Origin: Mobula hypostoma
Taxonomy: Eukaryota
NCBI RefSeq assembly: GCF_963921235.1
Contig: NC_086108.1
Span: forward strand, 26,972,001 to 27,036,000
Length of the DNA: 64,000 bases
Reading direction: 5' to 3'
A program made the position numbers and the translations under genes. Below, one piece after another: positions 1-11,799 of this stretch. Every line of letters starts with the position of its first letter. Within the stretch, counting starts at the first letter, position 1. Below the pieces are notes generated by a model that was not told where the DNA came from, searched no databases, and saw nothing but the letters and a program-made list of their open reading frames with translations.

Positions 1-2513
1 AGCCGGATGACAGGCTGACAGATGCGCCCAAGGCTTGGCAGAAGGCCTTCCATACTTGCAAGACAGACAGGGGACCTCGATTGGAGACGATGTCTGCAGG
101 GATTCCGTGGAGGTGGAAGATGTGGCGGACGAGAAGATCTGCGGTTTCCTGAGAGGAAGGAGGTTTAAGGAGGGCTACGAAGTGCACCGCCTTAGAGAAC
201 CGGTCTATCACGGTGAGGACAGTGGTGTTTCCGCGGGAAGGGGGTAGACCGGTGACGAAGTCTAAGGCGATGTGTGACCAGGGGCGACCAGGGACAGGTA
301 GAGGACGAGGTAGCCCCGCAGATGGTCGATGAGAAGCCTTTCCCCGGGTACAGATGGAACAAGCTGAGACTTAAGAACGGGTGTCCCCCTCCATGGACGG
401 CCACCAAAAGTACTTCCTCAGGAGAGCCAGGGTCCGATCACTCCCAGGGTGGCAGGCAAACCGGGATGTGTGCCACCACTGGAGAATCTGGGACCTGATG
501 GAGGCGGGCACGTACAGGCAATCACCGGTCCATTGCCCCGGTCGGGGTCGTCCCACTGGGCTTCCTTTACTTTAGCCTCGATCTCCCAAGTGAGGGTGGC
601 CACCATGCAGGAGGGTGGGCGGATAGTCTCGGGACTGGATGTGTCATCCTTGGAGTCATGCTGGCGGGACAGCACATCTGGCTTCCCGTTCTTGAATCCT
701 AGATGGTACATGAGGGTAAACCTGAACCGACCAAAGAATAATGCCCTACGGGCCTGGCGAGAATTCAGACGTTTGGTGGTCTGGATTTATTCAAGGTTCT
801 TATGGTCTGTCCAGACGATGAATGGGTGCTCCGCCCCCTCCAACCAGTGCCTCCATTCTTCCAATGCCAGTTTGACCGCCAGTAGCTCCAGTTCCCCACG
901 TCGTAATTTCGTTCAGCGGGAGACAGTCGGCGAGAAAGGAAGGCACAAGGATGTAGTTTCTGATCCGGGCCCGAACGTTGGGACAGTACCGCTCCCACCC
1001 CGGAGTCGGAGGCGTCAACATCCACAATGAATTGACAGGAGGGGTCCGGTTGAATCAGAACGGGAGCAGACGTGAAGTGCCTCTTTAGTTCCGCGAATGC
1101 TGAGTCCGCCTCGGAGTTCCACAGGAAAGGTGTGGCAGGTGAGGTAAGTCGGGTCAGAGGAGCCGCCACCTGACTGTAGTTTCTGATGAACCGGCGATAG
1201 AAGTTCGCAAACCCCAGGAGCCGTTGGAGTTGCTTGCGGTCCGTGGGTTTGGGGCACTCCATCACAGCCCGGATCTTCTCGGGATCAGCCCTTACCTGTC
1301 CGCTCTCGATGATATAACCTAGGAAGCTGACCGAAGGGACATGGAATTCGCACTTCTCCGCCTTTACGAATAACTTATTCTCCCCCAGTCTCTGCAGGAC
1401 TTGACGGACATGAAGAACGTGTTGCTGGGGACTGCTGGAAAAGTTTAGGATGTCATCCAGATAGACAAACACAAAGCGGTTAATAAAGTCTCTTAGTACA
1501 TCGTTAATCAAGGCTTGAAAGACTGCAGGGGCATTGGTGAGGCCAAAAGGCATGACCAAGTACTCGACATGGCCTAAAGGGGTATTGAATGCTGTCTTCC
1601 ACTCGACCCTCTCCCTTATTCGGACCAGATGGTAGGCGCTTCGTAGGTCCAGCTTCGAGAAGATGGCGGCTCCGTGAAGTGGTTCGAACGCAGAACTTAT
1701 CAGAGGCAGTGGGTACTTGTTCTTTATGGTTATATGATTTAGGCCTCGATAGTCGATGTAGGGACGTAGGGAACCATCCTTCTTCCCCACGAAGAAGAAC
1801 CCTGCGCCCACCAGGGAGGATGACAGTTGGATGATTCCCGCTGCGAGAGATTCACTGATGTAACCCTCCAATGCTTCCCTCTCTGGCCGGGACAAGTTAT
1901 ACAGCTGACTGGTGGGCAGAAGAGCTCCGGGGAGAAGTTCGATAGCACAATCGTATGGTCGGTGTGGAGGCAGGGAAAGGGAGCGTTGCTTACTAAACAC
2001 GAGTCTCAAGTCGTGGTACTCCGCTGGAACCCAGGACAAGTCAGGGGGTTCAACTGCAGGTGAGGTTGAGGTGGTTTTCACGGGGAAAAGGTCCGACTGC
2101 AGACAGGTGGCGTGACAAAACAGACTCCAGCTGGCTATCCTCCCGGTGGACCAATCAATGCAAGGGTTGTGGCGGCTCAACCATGGGTACCCAAGGACTA
2201 TTGGGGCTTGAGGGGAGGAGATCAAGTTAAATTGCACCTGTTCCCGATGGTTCCCAGACAGGATCAAAGACAGTGGTGGGGTACAGTGAGTGATTCGGGC
2301 CAGAGGTCTTCCGTCCAGTGCCCGGGCTTCCAGGGGGGTAGTCAATGGCTCTCGAGGAATTCCGGCCTGGGTTGCTATATCTTCATCCAACAGATTCCCC
2401 TCAGCACCGGAATCTATCAAGGCAGACAAGGACAGGGACTGTTGGCTGTAGCTTACAGTGGCTTGGACTTGCATCCGGGATTGGGGGACAGAAGGGAATG
2501 TGGTCTGACTCAC
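1..2513 (-). pseudogene. pol: Disrupted pol: aspartic protease, RT, RNase H and integrase N-terminus
   Basis: 582-aa ORF 765-2513 has [38 protein letters not shown] and [12 protein letters not shown]; frameshift near 890; integrase HTSRFACHPG in ORF 371-556. Confidence 0.93.
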
Positions 2514-2524
2514 CAGGGTCCCCC

Positions 2525-3416
2525 TTAGGGAACAGGTGTCATGAACATGGCCAGACCGACCACAATAGAAGCAATCCCCTGCTCTTAATCTCCGGAGCCA
2601 CTCGGAGGGAGAAAGACGGCTCCGTCCCAGCAGAATTCCTGTTGTTTCCGTCCCAGCTACATTGGTTCCTCTCCCGGGGTGGTGGAAACGGCCGGGCTGG
2701 ATGCTATCCTAGGAGTGGGAGGAGGAGAGAGGTTAGGGCTAGGAGTAAATGGTAAAGCATGCCGTGGGGTGGCCAAAGGATGACCGGTTCTCTCCCTCTG
2801 TCGTTCTCGGAGTCAGCCGCTAGCGTCCGGAACTCCACGGAGTATTCTGCAACTCTACGTGAGCCTTGATGGAGGGTGAGTAGCCGCTTAGCGGCATCTT
2901 TACCGCAGACGAGATGGTCAAAAATCTTCCTTATTTCTGATCCGAAAGTGGGGAAGGAAGAGCAGGTCTCTGGCTGATTATCCCAAATTGCAGTGGCCCA
3001 CGCTAAGGCATTTCCTCATAACAACCCCAGAATGTAAGCTATTTTAGATCTGTCCGTGGCGTACGTGGATGGCTGCTGCTCGAACACCAGGGAGCGTTGT
3101 AGCAGAAAAGCCCGGCACTTCCCCAGATCTCCAGCGTAGGGCTCTGGTTCAGGGACGCGCGGCTCCCTTAGCGGACGTGTTGTTGACGCCTCGGGTGTCG
3201 CCACACAGACTGTCTGGGCTGGTCAGACGGAATTCCCGGAGTCAACGGGGTAAGATGGGTGGATACTGGGTCGACCTGTTCACTGACCTTTCTTACGTCT
3301 ACTAGCAGGTAACAGAGGTTTTCCATGACTTCCTGGAGCAGCTGATCGTGCAAGCCCAATAGGGAGTCCTGGCTGGCGAGGACTTGTTGCAGAGGATTCA
3401 TGTCCGCTGGGTTCAT
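2525..3416 (-). pseudogene. gag: Disrupted gag
   Basis: MNPADMNPLQQVL start; [23 protein letters not shown]...[12 protein letters not shown] (ORF 3016-3204); zinc knuckle [14 protein letters not shown] at about 2533-2574; broken by frameshifts and a stop. Confidence 0.85.
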
Positions 3417-3420
3417 GTTG

Positions 3421-3431
3421 GCCAGTTCGTT
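3421..3431 (-). promoter_or_regulatory. Primer-binding site, self-priming type
   Basis: Plus 3421-3431 gccagttcgtt is the exact reverse complement of LTR 3607-3617 aacgaactggc; it lacks the TGG start of a tRNA PBS. Confidence 0.8.
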
Positions 3432-3432
3432 C

Positions 3433-3779
3433 TGTTGCAAGGACGTGGCTGGGGATGAACCCAAGTGCAGGACACAGATGCTGAGGCAGAGTCGTTAGGC
3501 ATAGCACCTCCGGGAACGGGAAGCCAATATCCAGGAGATGATGCGAAGCTTAGAACTAACAGTTCTCAGGAATAGGAAACAAGGTTTACTCTTACAAGAG
3601 TCAACCAACGAACTGGCGGCTTCTTGCTGTGGTCACAGGGTTTTTATCTTGGTGTTTGATGGGAAGCAGGTGCGTGTAGTTAGCAGTACTTGGGAATGAT
3701 TGGAATCTAAATGAGGTGATCGAGGCCAAAATCTTGAGGCAAATGGCAAGGTGGGGGATTGCCAGACGGGACCATGACA
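3433..3779 (-). repeat. 5' LTR of the sushi-type element
   Basis: Minus strand begins TGTCATG (3779) and ends TGCAACA (3433), directly followed by PBS GAACGAACTGGCC and the gag ATG at 3416; TATA-like GATAAAAA at about 3641-3648. Confidence 0.85.
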
Positions 3780-3854
3780 AGAGCAGACTATCTGTTGGAT
3801 GGAAGTGACCAAAAACACTGATAGAGGCAGATGCCAGGTTTTTAAGCTCACCAG

Positions 3855-4740
3855 TGGGAGGTGGTGATGAGTTTGAGGACAGAGAGGAAATTAAGAAGCG
3901 GGTGGCATGGTGCGAAGACAATAACCTATCCCTCAATGTCAGAAAGACGAAGAAATTGGTTGTTGACTTCAGAAGGAGTAGCGGACCGCACGACCCAATT
4001 TACATCAGTTGTGTGCAAGTAGAACAGGTCAAAAGCTTTAAGTTCCTCGGGGTCAATATCACAAGTGACCTGACTTGGTCCAACCAAGCAGAGTTCACTG
4101 CCAAGAAGGCCCACCAGCGCCTATAATTCCTGAGAAAACTAAAGAAATTTGGCCTGCCCCCTAAAACCCTCACTAATTTTTATAGATGCACTGTAGAAAG
4201 CATTCTTCTAGGGTGCATCACAACCTGGTATGGAAGTTGTCCTGTCCAAGACTGAAAGAAGCTGCAGAAGATTGTGAACACGGCGCAGCACATCACACAA
4301 ACCAATCCTCCGTCCTTGGACTCAATTTACACCGCACGCTGTCGGAGCAGTGCTGCCAGGATAATCAAGGACACGTCCCACCCAGCCAACACACTTTTCG
4401 TCCCTCTTTCCTCCGGGAGAAGGCTCAGGAGCTTGAAGACCTGTACGGCCAGATTTGGGAACAACTTCTTTCCAACTGTGATAAGACTGCTGAATGGATC
4501 CTGACCTGGATCTGGGCCGTACCCTCCAAATACCTGGACCTGCCTCTCGGTTTTTTTTGCACTACCTTACTTTCCATTTTTCTGTTTTCTATTTATGATT
4601 AATAATTTAAATTTTTAATAATTATTATCGATTTGTAATCCAGGGAGCGGGAAGCGCGGAATCAAATATCGCTGTGATCATTGTATGTTCTAGTATCAAT
4701 TGTTTGGTGACAATAACGTATAAAGTATAAAGTAAAGTAC
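3855..4740 (+). mobile_element. 5'-truncated Rex1/Babar-type LINE
   Basis: WCEDNNLSLNVRKTKKLVVDFRR...FKFLGVNITSDLTWS; IIKDTSHPANTLF..LSSGRR; tandem gtataaa tail. Confidence 0.85.
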
Positions 4741-5104
4741 ATTTCATATATTAAGAATTCGTTATGGTGTCTTGGTGCCAGATTCAATAAAAAAACAACA
4801 TTCAACAATTGTAGAGAATAAAAGAATTATATAAAAATAAAGTACAGATACAGAATAAAATGTGCATAAATACATAAATACCAGCATGTATTTACAATAT
4901 AAACAGCATTATAAAAAGTGGTTTAATGTGTTTACAGGGCAGTAAGCACTTTATGGAATGGGCAAGTGTATAGTCTAGGGCATCGTGGAAGTGCAGCAGA
5001 GTCTGAATAGGGTCATGAGCGCAACAGGGTTATGGTTCAGGGTGAACGGGAGTGTGGGGGTGTGTTGCAGTGTTGATGTATCAGTGTGACTAAAAAATTT
5101 GGAA

Positions 5105-5300
5105 CGTCATGTTACACCTCTACTCAATATCGTGTGCAATTCGTTTTGCCCAGCTATGAGAAGGGTGGCATTAAGATGGAGAGGTTGCAGAAAAGACTCA
5201 CAAGAACGTTATTGGGACTGGAGAGCTTGAGTTATAAGGAGAGTCGGGAGAGGTTGGGACTGCAGTATAATAGTTTGAGGGGTGACCTTACAGAACTATA
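5105..5300 (+). mobile_element. CR1 LINE fragment
   Basis: YRVQF.LPSY.K...MERLQKRLTRTLLGLESLSYKE..ERLGL...LRGDLTELY resembles the CR1 ORF2 C-terminus. Confidence 0.7.
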
Positions 5301-5302
5301 TA

Positions 5303-6484
5303 CGAGGGGTGATTGATAAGTTTATGGCCTAAGGTAGAAGGAGATGAGTTATACAGCTCTTGTTACATGCACGTGCTGTTGAACTCTTTGAGTGATTATG
5401 CAGAAAGTTTGAAGTTAATAACTCATCTCCTTCTACCTTAGGCCATGAACTTATCAATCGCCCCTGCTGTGAACCACTTTCTGGAGGTCAAAGATGCCGA
5501 CTTCTACAAAGAAGGGATTTGTATGCTCCACGACTGCTGGACTAATTGTGTAAACGTAGGAGGGGACTATGTTGTGTTACGTACCCCGTAACTGGGTTGC
5601 CAAACCAGCAGAAATGGACCACTTAGTTGGAGTCTGGATTACTGGAACTAAGAAAGTTTTATTAAAGAAATAAGTAACTCAGTACTCTAATCGTAAGGAT
5701 ATAAATGCAACAGGTTAGCAATGATAAAACACACATGTACACAGAACTAGGGTAATAGGAATCAAACAAGCTCTATCGCAGTCTAGGGGTAAAATGATCA
5801 GTCTCAAGTGACGCAGAGTTCAGTTCAGCTTAGTACAGTTCGTAGTAATCGCTGTTGTGCCGTTGGAGAGAGAGAGAGAGGATGATATGCAAATCTGATT
5901 CAGACAGACCTTGGTGTTCTTCGCAGTTAGCTTTTGGGCGAACCCTTTTATGTCTTCTGTGGTCACCGACTGTGACCCCTCCGTTCCGGATACGACCATT
6001 CTTCCGCAGTGAACTCGGCACCCAGGCAAGGGTGGACACACACACCGGGTTCCTGCCGATCGTAGCTTTTCACCCTGTGCATCTATGGTCGGTTCCCTCG
6101 ACCAGACCTCCAAACTTCCACCAACTTGTGGGGGCACACCGCTTTTCCAGGGTCTCGTTATCTCGTGATCTCGTGGCGTCTGTCGTGCCTTAGTGAACCT
6201 GTTCTTTTCATCCCCCTGCTGGGGTATAGCCTGTCCATCAAACTTCAAACAGTTCAGGTTCAAAGCAATCGGTCTGTCAATATTCAGACTGGTGTCTCTT
6301 TCCGTTACCTCTCTCTCCTCTCTCATTAACATTTTGAATGTTTCTCCATTGTCTCATTTATCTCTCTCATTAGCATCAATCTTCTGATAACTTGATTTTT
6401 CGTCACAGTTGAAAAATAAATGTGCTAGATTTTCTAAAATTGACCCCTTCTACCTTAGGCCACAAGGTTATCAATCCCCCCTCG
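5303..6484 (+). mobile_element. Non-autonomous mariner-derived element interrupted by a solo LTR
   Basis: TA|CGAGGGGTGATTGATAA...TTATCAATCCCCCTCG|TA terminal inverted repeats (TIRs) with TA TSD; removing the LTR restores WTNCVNVGGDYVEK-stop, the typical mariner transposase C-terminus. Confidence 0.85.
5575..6407 (-). mobile_element. Solo LTR, family A copy 1
   Basis: TGTTACG...CGTCACA termini; 4-bp TSD GTTG (5571-5574, 6408-6411); homologous to 37902-39821; strand inferred from a minus-strand AATAAA. Confidence 0.85.
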
Positions 6485-7469
6485 TATGTGTTACTTCATG
6501 AAGGACATTCACCAAAACAAAGCGTTTCATTGCAGCTACCCTTGAATGAAGGTTCACTGATGTGTAAACGGATCTGCAAGAGAGGTCCTTTGAAATTCCG
6601 AGGACCCCTCAGTGTCTCCCTATGAGCCATGTCAAGCTCAGAAGACCAAGTATGTTTATGTCACCCAGAATCACTAGCCTCTCATTGTTCCCATCCAGGA
6701 AAGGACCTGTTGACTGGAAGAGAATCTCAATCCTTTGATTCCAGCCCAATCCAGAATCCCCAACACACTTAATATCTCAGTTCATTCCTGGTCACTGAGG
6801 TACTGAATCCTTGCAAAGATTCTTTCAGTCGAGTCAAGTGAAATTTCTTCCATAATAAAGAACTGTTTTAAACTCCTCCCTGTATTATTAAATATGTTCT
6901 CTTTCTAAATCACCTGATCAGCCAAGGCCTTGCCCTTTACTCTAATTTATTCTAAAGCCAAGTACACTTGGATATGAAGAAATCATTGAAGCAAGTAATG
7001 TCTGTGAGGAATGATCAACAAGTTCTTGTCTTTGACTCACCTGCCATGAAATCAGGTCATTGAATTGAGGGTTTTTCATTCATCAGATTTGCTCATCTAA
7101 TACTTTGGACCGATCCAATTTTGGAGAATTTCTGAGATTTCTTTGATTTTGTGTTGCAGCTCCCCATTCGTTGCTTTCCTGACTCAAGACCATGGCCTGC
7201 CCCACTTATCTGTGTTTTGTCCAGTCCTGGGTCATTGTGAGGTCAGTTTACATCATACCTGAGCTGTCATGTGGCCTTGGATCAGGTGACCTCAGTAGTT
7301 ATGAGTAGTTATCTGGAGTGGTTATGGGATTAATGCGCACAGCAGAGGAAAAGACCTTATAGAGAGGATACCAGCCTTGCTGGATCGAATGACTAATTGT
7401 TCTGAATAAAAACCCAGCAGAGCCCAGAATCTCAGCACAGCCACAGCAATGTGTATGTGGAATCAGACT

Positions 7470-7810
7470 GCAGGCAGTGGCACAGTTGGCAGAGCTGCTG
7501 CTTCGTACTTCTAGTGATCTTGGTTCAACCCTGATCTCAGGTACTGTTTGTATGGAGCTTGCTTTTCTTTCTGTGGGCATATGCGTTCCTCCAAGGTATT
7601 TGTGGTTCCTCCCACATGCCAAAACTGAGCTGGCACATGGCTTTATTCGCCATGGTAAATTGATCTTAATGTGAATATGAGTGATATAATCTGGGAAAGG
7701 TTGAAGAGGGGAATGAGATCAGTAGAATTGGTATATATGGGTACTTGATGGTCAGTACAAACTCAGTGTGTTAAAAGGCCTGATTTTCTGTTCTGTCTCT
7801 CTGTGACTCT
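7470..7810 (+). mobile_element. tRNA-derived V-SINE/HE1-like SINE
   Basis: A/B-box-like gtggcacagttgg...ggttcaaccc; V-like ctgtttgtatggagcttgc; CR1-like tail. Confidence 0.6.
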
Positions 7811-9547
7811 GTTGATAAGCATTTCAAGTCCAGTTGCCCTGGAACTGTAAACTCCCTTTGATGTCATTCCATCTTCAAAATGACAAGATGTCTCCCAAAT
7901 GGTGGAGGGAAGACAAGGGAGCCCAGTTAGTCAGACTACTGATCATTTGGACACAAGCCTTGCCACTATGAACTTGATACTTTGCAAAACTGACATTGCC
8001 ACATTTGACTTGCAATTTTAAAATGCCTGTTGTGGAAAGTTTTGATCTATTTAGTACAAGGCACTCAGAATGAAGGGGCAAGTTCTTTAGTTACAGCCTG
8101 GGAATGTGCCTCCCAATCATTGTAACGCCTTGCTTATCTGAATTCCCTCTGTCTCTAGATTAGCATTCTAATCAGTCCTCCATGCTTTCTACTAAATGAC
8201 TTTCATTTTTTATTCCTTTCACCCTGCCTCCATCTGTTCCTGTAACCTTTCCTCCCCCACTTCGCTGGGCACAACCCAAACCCACCTTCACCATACTCCA
8301 AATTACCACAGAGATCAAGAGGAACAAACTCAGCACTTGCTTAGTCCCACTCACCGATTTTTCTTGGCCTCATAGGCTCCAGGTTCTGCCAACTCCATTT
8401 ATGTGGTGTTCACATGTTGGGTTTAAATTAGCTCAAGGCCATCTCCAGCCTCAATATTGATGGTTAAGTATTGGCCCTTGCCAAGTGTAGGCTGGCTGCC
8501 AAATTTGCCCAACAGATGGCCTCTCAAACCAAGTTTATGACACATCTCAATGACAGTAGTGGGGCTATCAGCAACAGAGGTTCCTTTCACTCAAAGCCTC
8601 AACAAGGACCTCCTGACAACCATTTTACGGAATCACAGAAGAGAAAGAGAGAGTTCAGTCTGTTGATTCTATATTCCTGAGTGCATCCTGGATTTAACAA
8701 CATGTCTTACAAAATTTGAGCACATAGGAAAAATATCTCACATAGTACCTTTTGATGTTAATAATTATATAAGTATGCATGTAAATAATTCTATTAATTA
8801 TTCCCTATGATTAAATATTTTAGTAAAAAATTCTCTGTAACGTAGCAACCTAGCAGTATATTTGGTGTCAAGCATTGCAAATCTAAATGTGGCCTCCACA
8901 GCTTGAGCAATGTCACAGAATAATTCTCTATAATTGCTGCCTGTGAGTTGCCATTTTCTGTATTCCTGTTGTTTTTTTTCTTTGTTCCTGGCAAGTTACT
9001 GACTCAAAAGATTGAAACAAAGAGAAATCAATGAATGACTGGAATGCTTAAATCAGTATTACAGTCTAAGAACCCACCAAATATACACACAATAAAAAAC
9101 GCAGATAATATCACTGTTACTCATTGACGTCAACATTTTGATTGAAATAAAACTGATTGATTCTTACACATGGAATTAAAATAAACCTTTCTATTTCACC
9201 ATGTCCTGAGGTATTCATTTCGAATGAAATGCTTTATTTGTAATGAAACATTTTGAGTCAACTGCTTTAATGATAACCTTTATCTGATACCAGTACTCCA
9301 GTATAAACTACAAACTAATCAGGCCTCATGAGGAATATTTTAAATCTGAAAAGTCTCAGAATCATCCAGAGTGCAGATTAATAATTTTGTTTTGCTGGTC
9401 TAGTCTGCAGTGATATATGTTTGCTGGGATAGATCAGCAAGCTAAATAACCAGCCATTGAGTTTGTCAGGAATAATAGCCATGGGAAATTAAAATGACTT
9501 GGGGTAGCAGAAATGAAGAAAGGTATGCCTTGCCTTGTCATGGTGAA

Positions 9548-9606
9548 AGAGTGAGTGAGAGAGCGAGAAAGAGAGAGAAAGAGAGAGAGATTGATTGATT
9601 GAGAGA
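9548..9606. repeat. Imperfect (GA)n microsatellite
   Basis: gagtgagtgagagagcgagaaagagagagaaagagagagaga. Confidence 0.8.
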
Positions 9607-10269
9607 TTTACCTTGACTTCAACTAAAACAGTTTTTATCCTTGAAATGATCAATGGAACAAATGAGAGGTATTATTCCCTGAATTTGATGTGTGTTGATG
9701 AACACATGCAAGTGATTCAAGGAGACATTGAGACATTAACCCAAAGCCCCATTTACTTCCCAGAGGATAGTAAGTGATCCCATGACATTTTTTAAAGAGT
9801 GGATATCTTCTGTTGTCTCAACCAATATTTTTTTCCATCAAACAACAAGACCTAATTAGCTGCCTTCAATACTTCATATTTTTACATTGTGTATTTCTTA
9901 CTGTCATCAAATTCTGCAATTATCCAGTATTGAGTGCACTTCAAAAATTACTTTGTTTTCTTTACATTCTAAGATCTTGAACTCATGAAAGATTATAAAT
10001 TGATGTTCTTTCTTCTGTTTCTTTTACTTCTTGCACTTTGTTTAAATTCTCACAAGGGATGTTCATACTGTTGCCAAGGGAGCACTCAATGCCATTCCTA
10101 ATAGCCCTTGAAATGATAATGGAGAACTGCTTCCAGACGAGGCTGTCAGCATGATAAAGATACTTGCATAGTGCTGCTACAAAGAGTTTGAGGATTTTAA
10201 TCCAGCACCAATGAGCAATTTCCAATTTACAGTATATATAAACCACAACACATAAATCAAAGGAGGAAG

Positions 10270-11470
10270 GGGCATCTGGTAGTGTGGAAATGATACATTT
10301 GGAACATTCAAATGAGGGTAGGAACAATACAGTATATAGCAGGGCGCTGATGAGTGATGTGGAACAGAGGAACCTCAGTGTACAAGTGCACAGTTCACTT
10401 AAAGCAGCTGCACATGTGGACAGGGTGTAATGAGATCCTCGAGCCTGTGCAAGGCATCGGAGAGCATTTGGCTCCTAGGTTTTAAGAGCACCTGAATTGG
10501 GTAAGTGTTGTTTAATGAGAGTTGTTAATTGTTTAGAGTTCCTTGTGTTCTTCTTGACCGACTTGCTCTTTGTAATTTGGTCCCCTGGTATTTCCTCTTT
10601 CAGCTTGTTAAGTTTATTTTGATAGGCTCAGGGATTCTGTGTTACTTGTATTAATTAAGCAGATGCCTGATTAGTGCTAATCACGGGGTCCTAGTTTTGA
10701 GAATGTTACTCTTCAGAGTGTCACTTGATTGAGCCAGCAAAGTTCTTTTGGAATTTTTATGAATAACTCTTGTCACTATCTCTACATTGGAGTCCGTCAT
10801 TTCTCCACACGTGGGTTCCGATATTGCCAGCGCACATTGTGACATGGTGCTTAAGAAGCTGATAATCATGTTGACCTTCATCAGCCGGGACATCAAGTTT
10901 AGGAGTAGGGACATTATGATGCAGTTATATTGGTTGTTGGTAAGGCTGCATTTGCTCACCCTGTTATAGGAATGACATTGCAAACAGGAGAAGGTGCAGA
11001 AGAGATGTTCAAGGATTCTGTCTAGATTAGAAATCGTGAGTAATAGGGAGCTGTTGGCCACTCTGGATCTGAATTCCTTGGCGCGAAGGAGAATGAGGGG
11101 TGACTTCATAGCAGTTTATAAATTAGGAGGGCTATAGGTAAATTGGACAGCGTTTTCCCCAGGACTTCAGAGCTGAAACCTAGAGGGAACAGATACAATA
11201 TAAGAGTAGAGATATTTAATAGAGTCTTAAGAGCTAAGTTCTTTAAACAGAAAGTAGTGGGTACATGGACTGAGTTGCCAGAGTAAGTATCTGGCTGAGG
11301 TGATGCAACTGCAACATCTAAGAGGCATTTGGATAGGTTCATGGCGGAGAGGGACTTAGAGGGTTATGGGTTGAACATGGGCAACTGGAACTAGCAGCGA
11401 GGATACTGTGGTCAGAAAAGACTTTTTGGGCCGAGGGGCCTGGCTCTTTGCTGCTTTACTCTCTGAATCC
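10270..11470 (+). mobile_element. Decayed CR1 LINE 3' part with an internal LTR-like insert at about 10426-10844
   Basis: FISRDIKFRSRDIMMQLY.LLVRLHL matches the CR1 at 32112-33373; the insert is TG...GTGACA but its TSD is unclear. Confidence 0.7.
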
Positions 11471-11799
11471 ATGACCCTATATTCACTGGATGTGTGATTG
11501 CAGGTCATGAAGGCTTGCTACTTTTATGGTTCTCAGCATAAGATCATCGGTTTGGGAGGTGTTTCACAAGTAGCCAGAGCAAAACTTATACATGCGACCC
11601 CCACCAGATACAGCATGCTTGATGCAAAAGGGGAGAGGTGTTTTGCCAGTGAAACAGGCTGCTTTGACCCGTCATACATTAAGTTCCTGAGTGTTGCTGA
11701 AAGCACGTCAGGTACACTTGCCACTTGCTTATCTGACTGATAATGTTAAAAATTCCGTCGTGTGTTCACAAACAGCAGCATAAGTCTAATCAATAACTC

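Larger units (their letters stand above)
1..3779 (-). mobile_element. Ty3/Gypsy LTR retrotransposon, Tf1/sushi (PEG10/RTL1-like gag) group; 5' LTR, gag and pol, runs off the window start
   Basis: LTR TGTCATG...TGCAACA, gag with CCHC knuckle, and protease-RT-RNaseH-integrase order on the minus strand; several frameshifts and stops. Confidence 0.95.

Noticed and set aside
2505..2535. Programmed -1 gag-pol frameshift site
   Set aside because: No GGGAAAC-type slippery heptamer is visible after the CCHC knuckle; the region may be deleted
449..2755. Plus-strand ORFs of 136-193 aa opposite pol
   Set aside because: GC-rich antisense shadows of pol with no recognisable motif
765..3416. Domesticated PEG10/RTL1-like host gene
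   Set aside because: LTR and PBS are retained, and gag and pol carry frameshifts and stops, so it is a decaying retrotransposon
10421..10849. Confident solo LTR call
   Set aside because: TG...CA ends are present but the flanks (caggg / tggtg) give no clean TSD, so it is kept only as tentative
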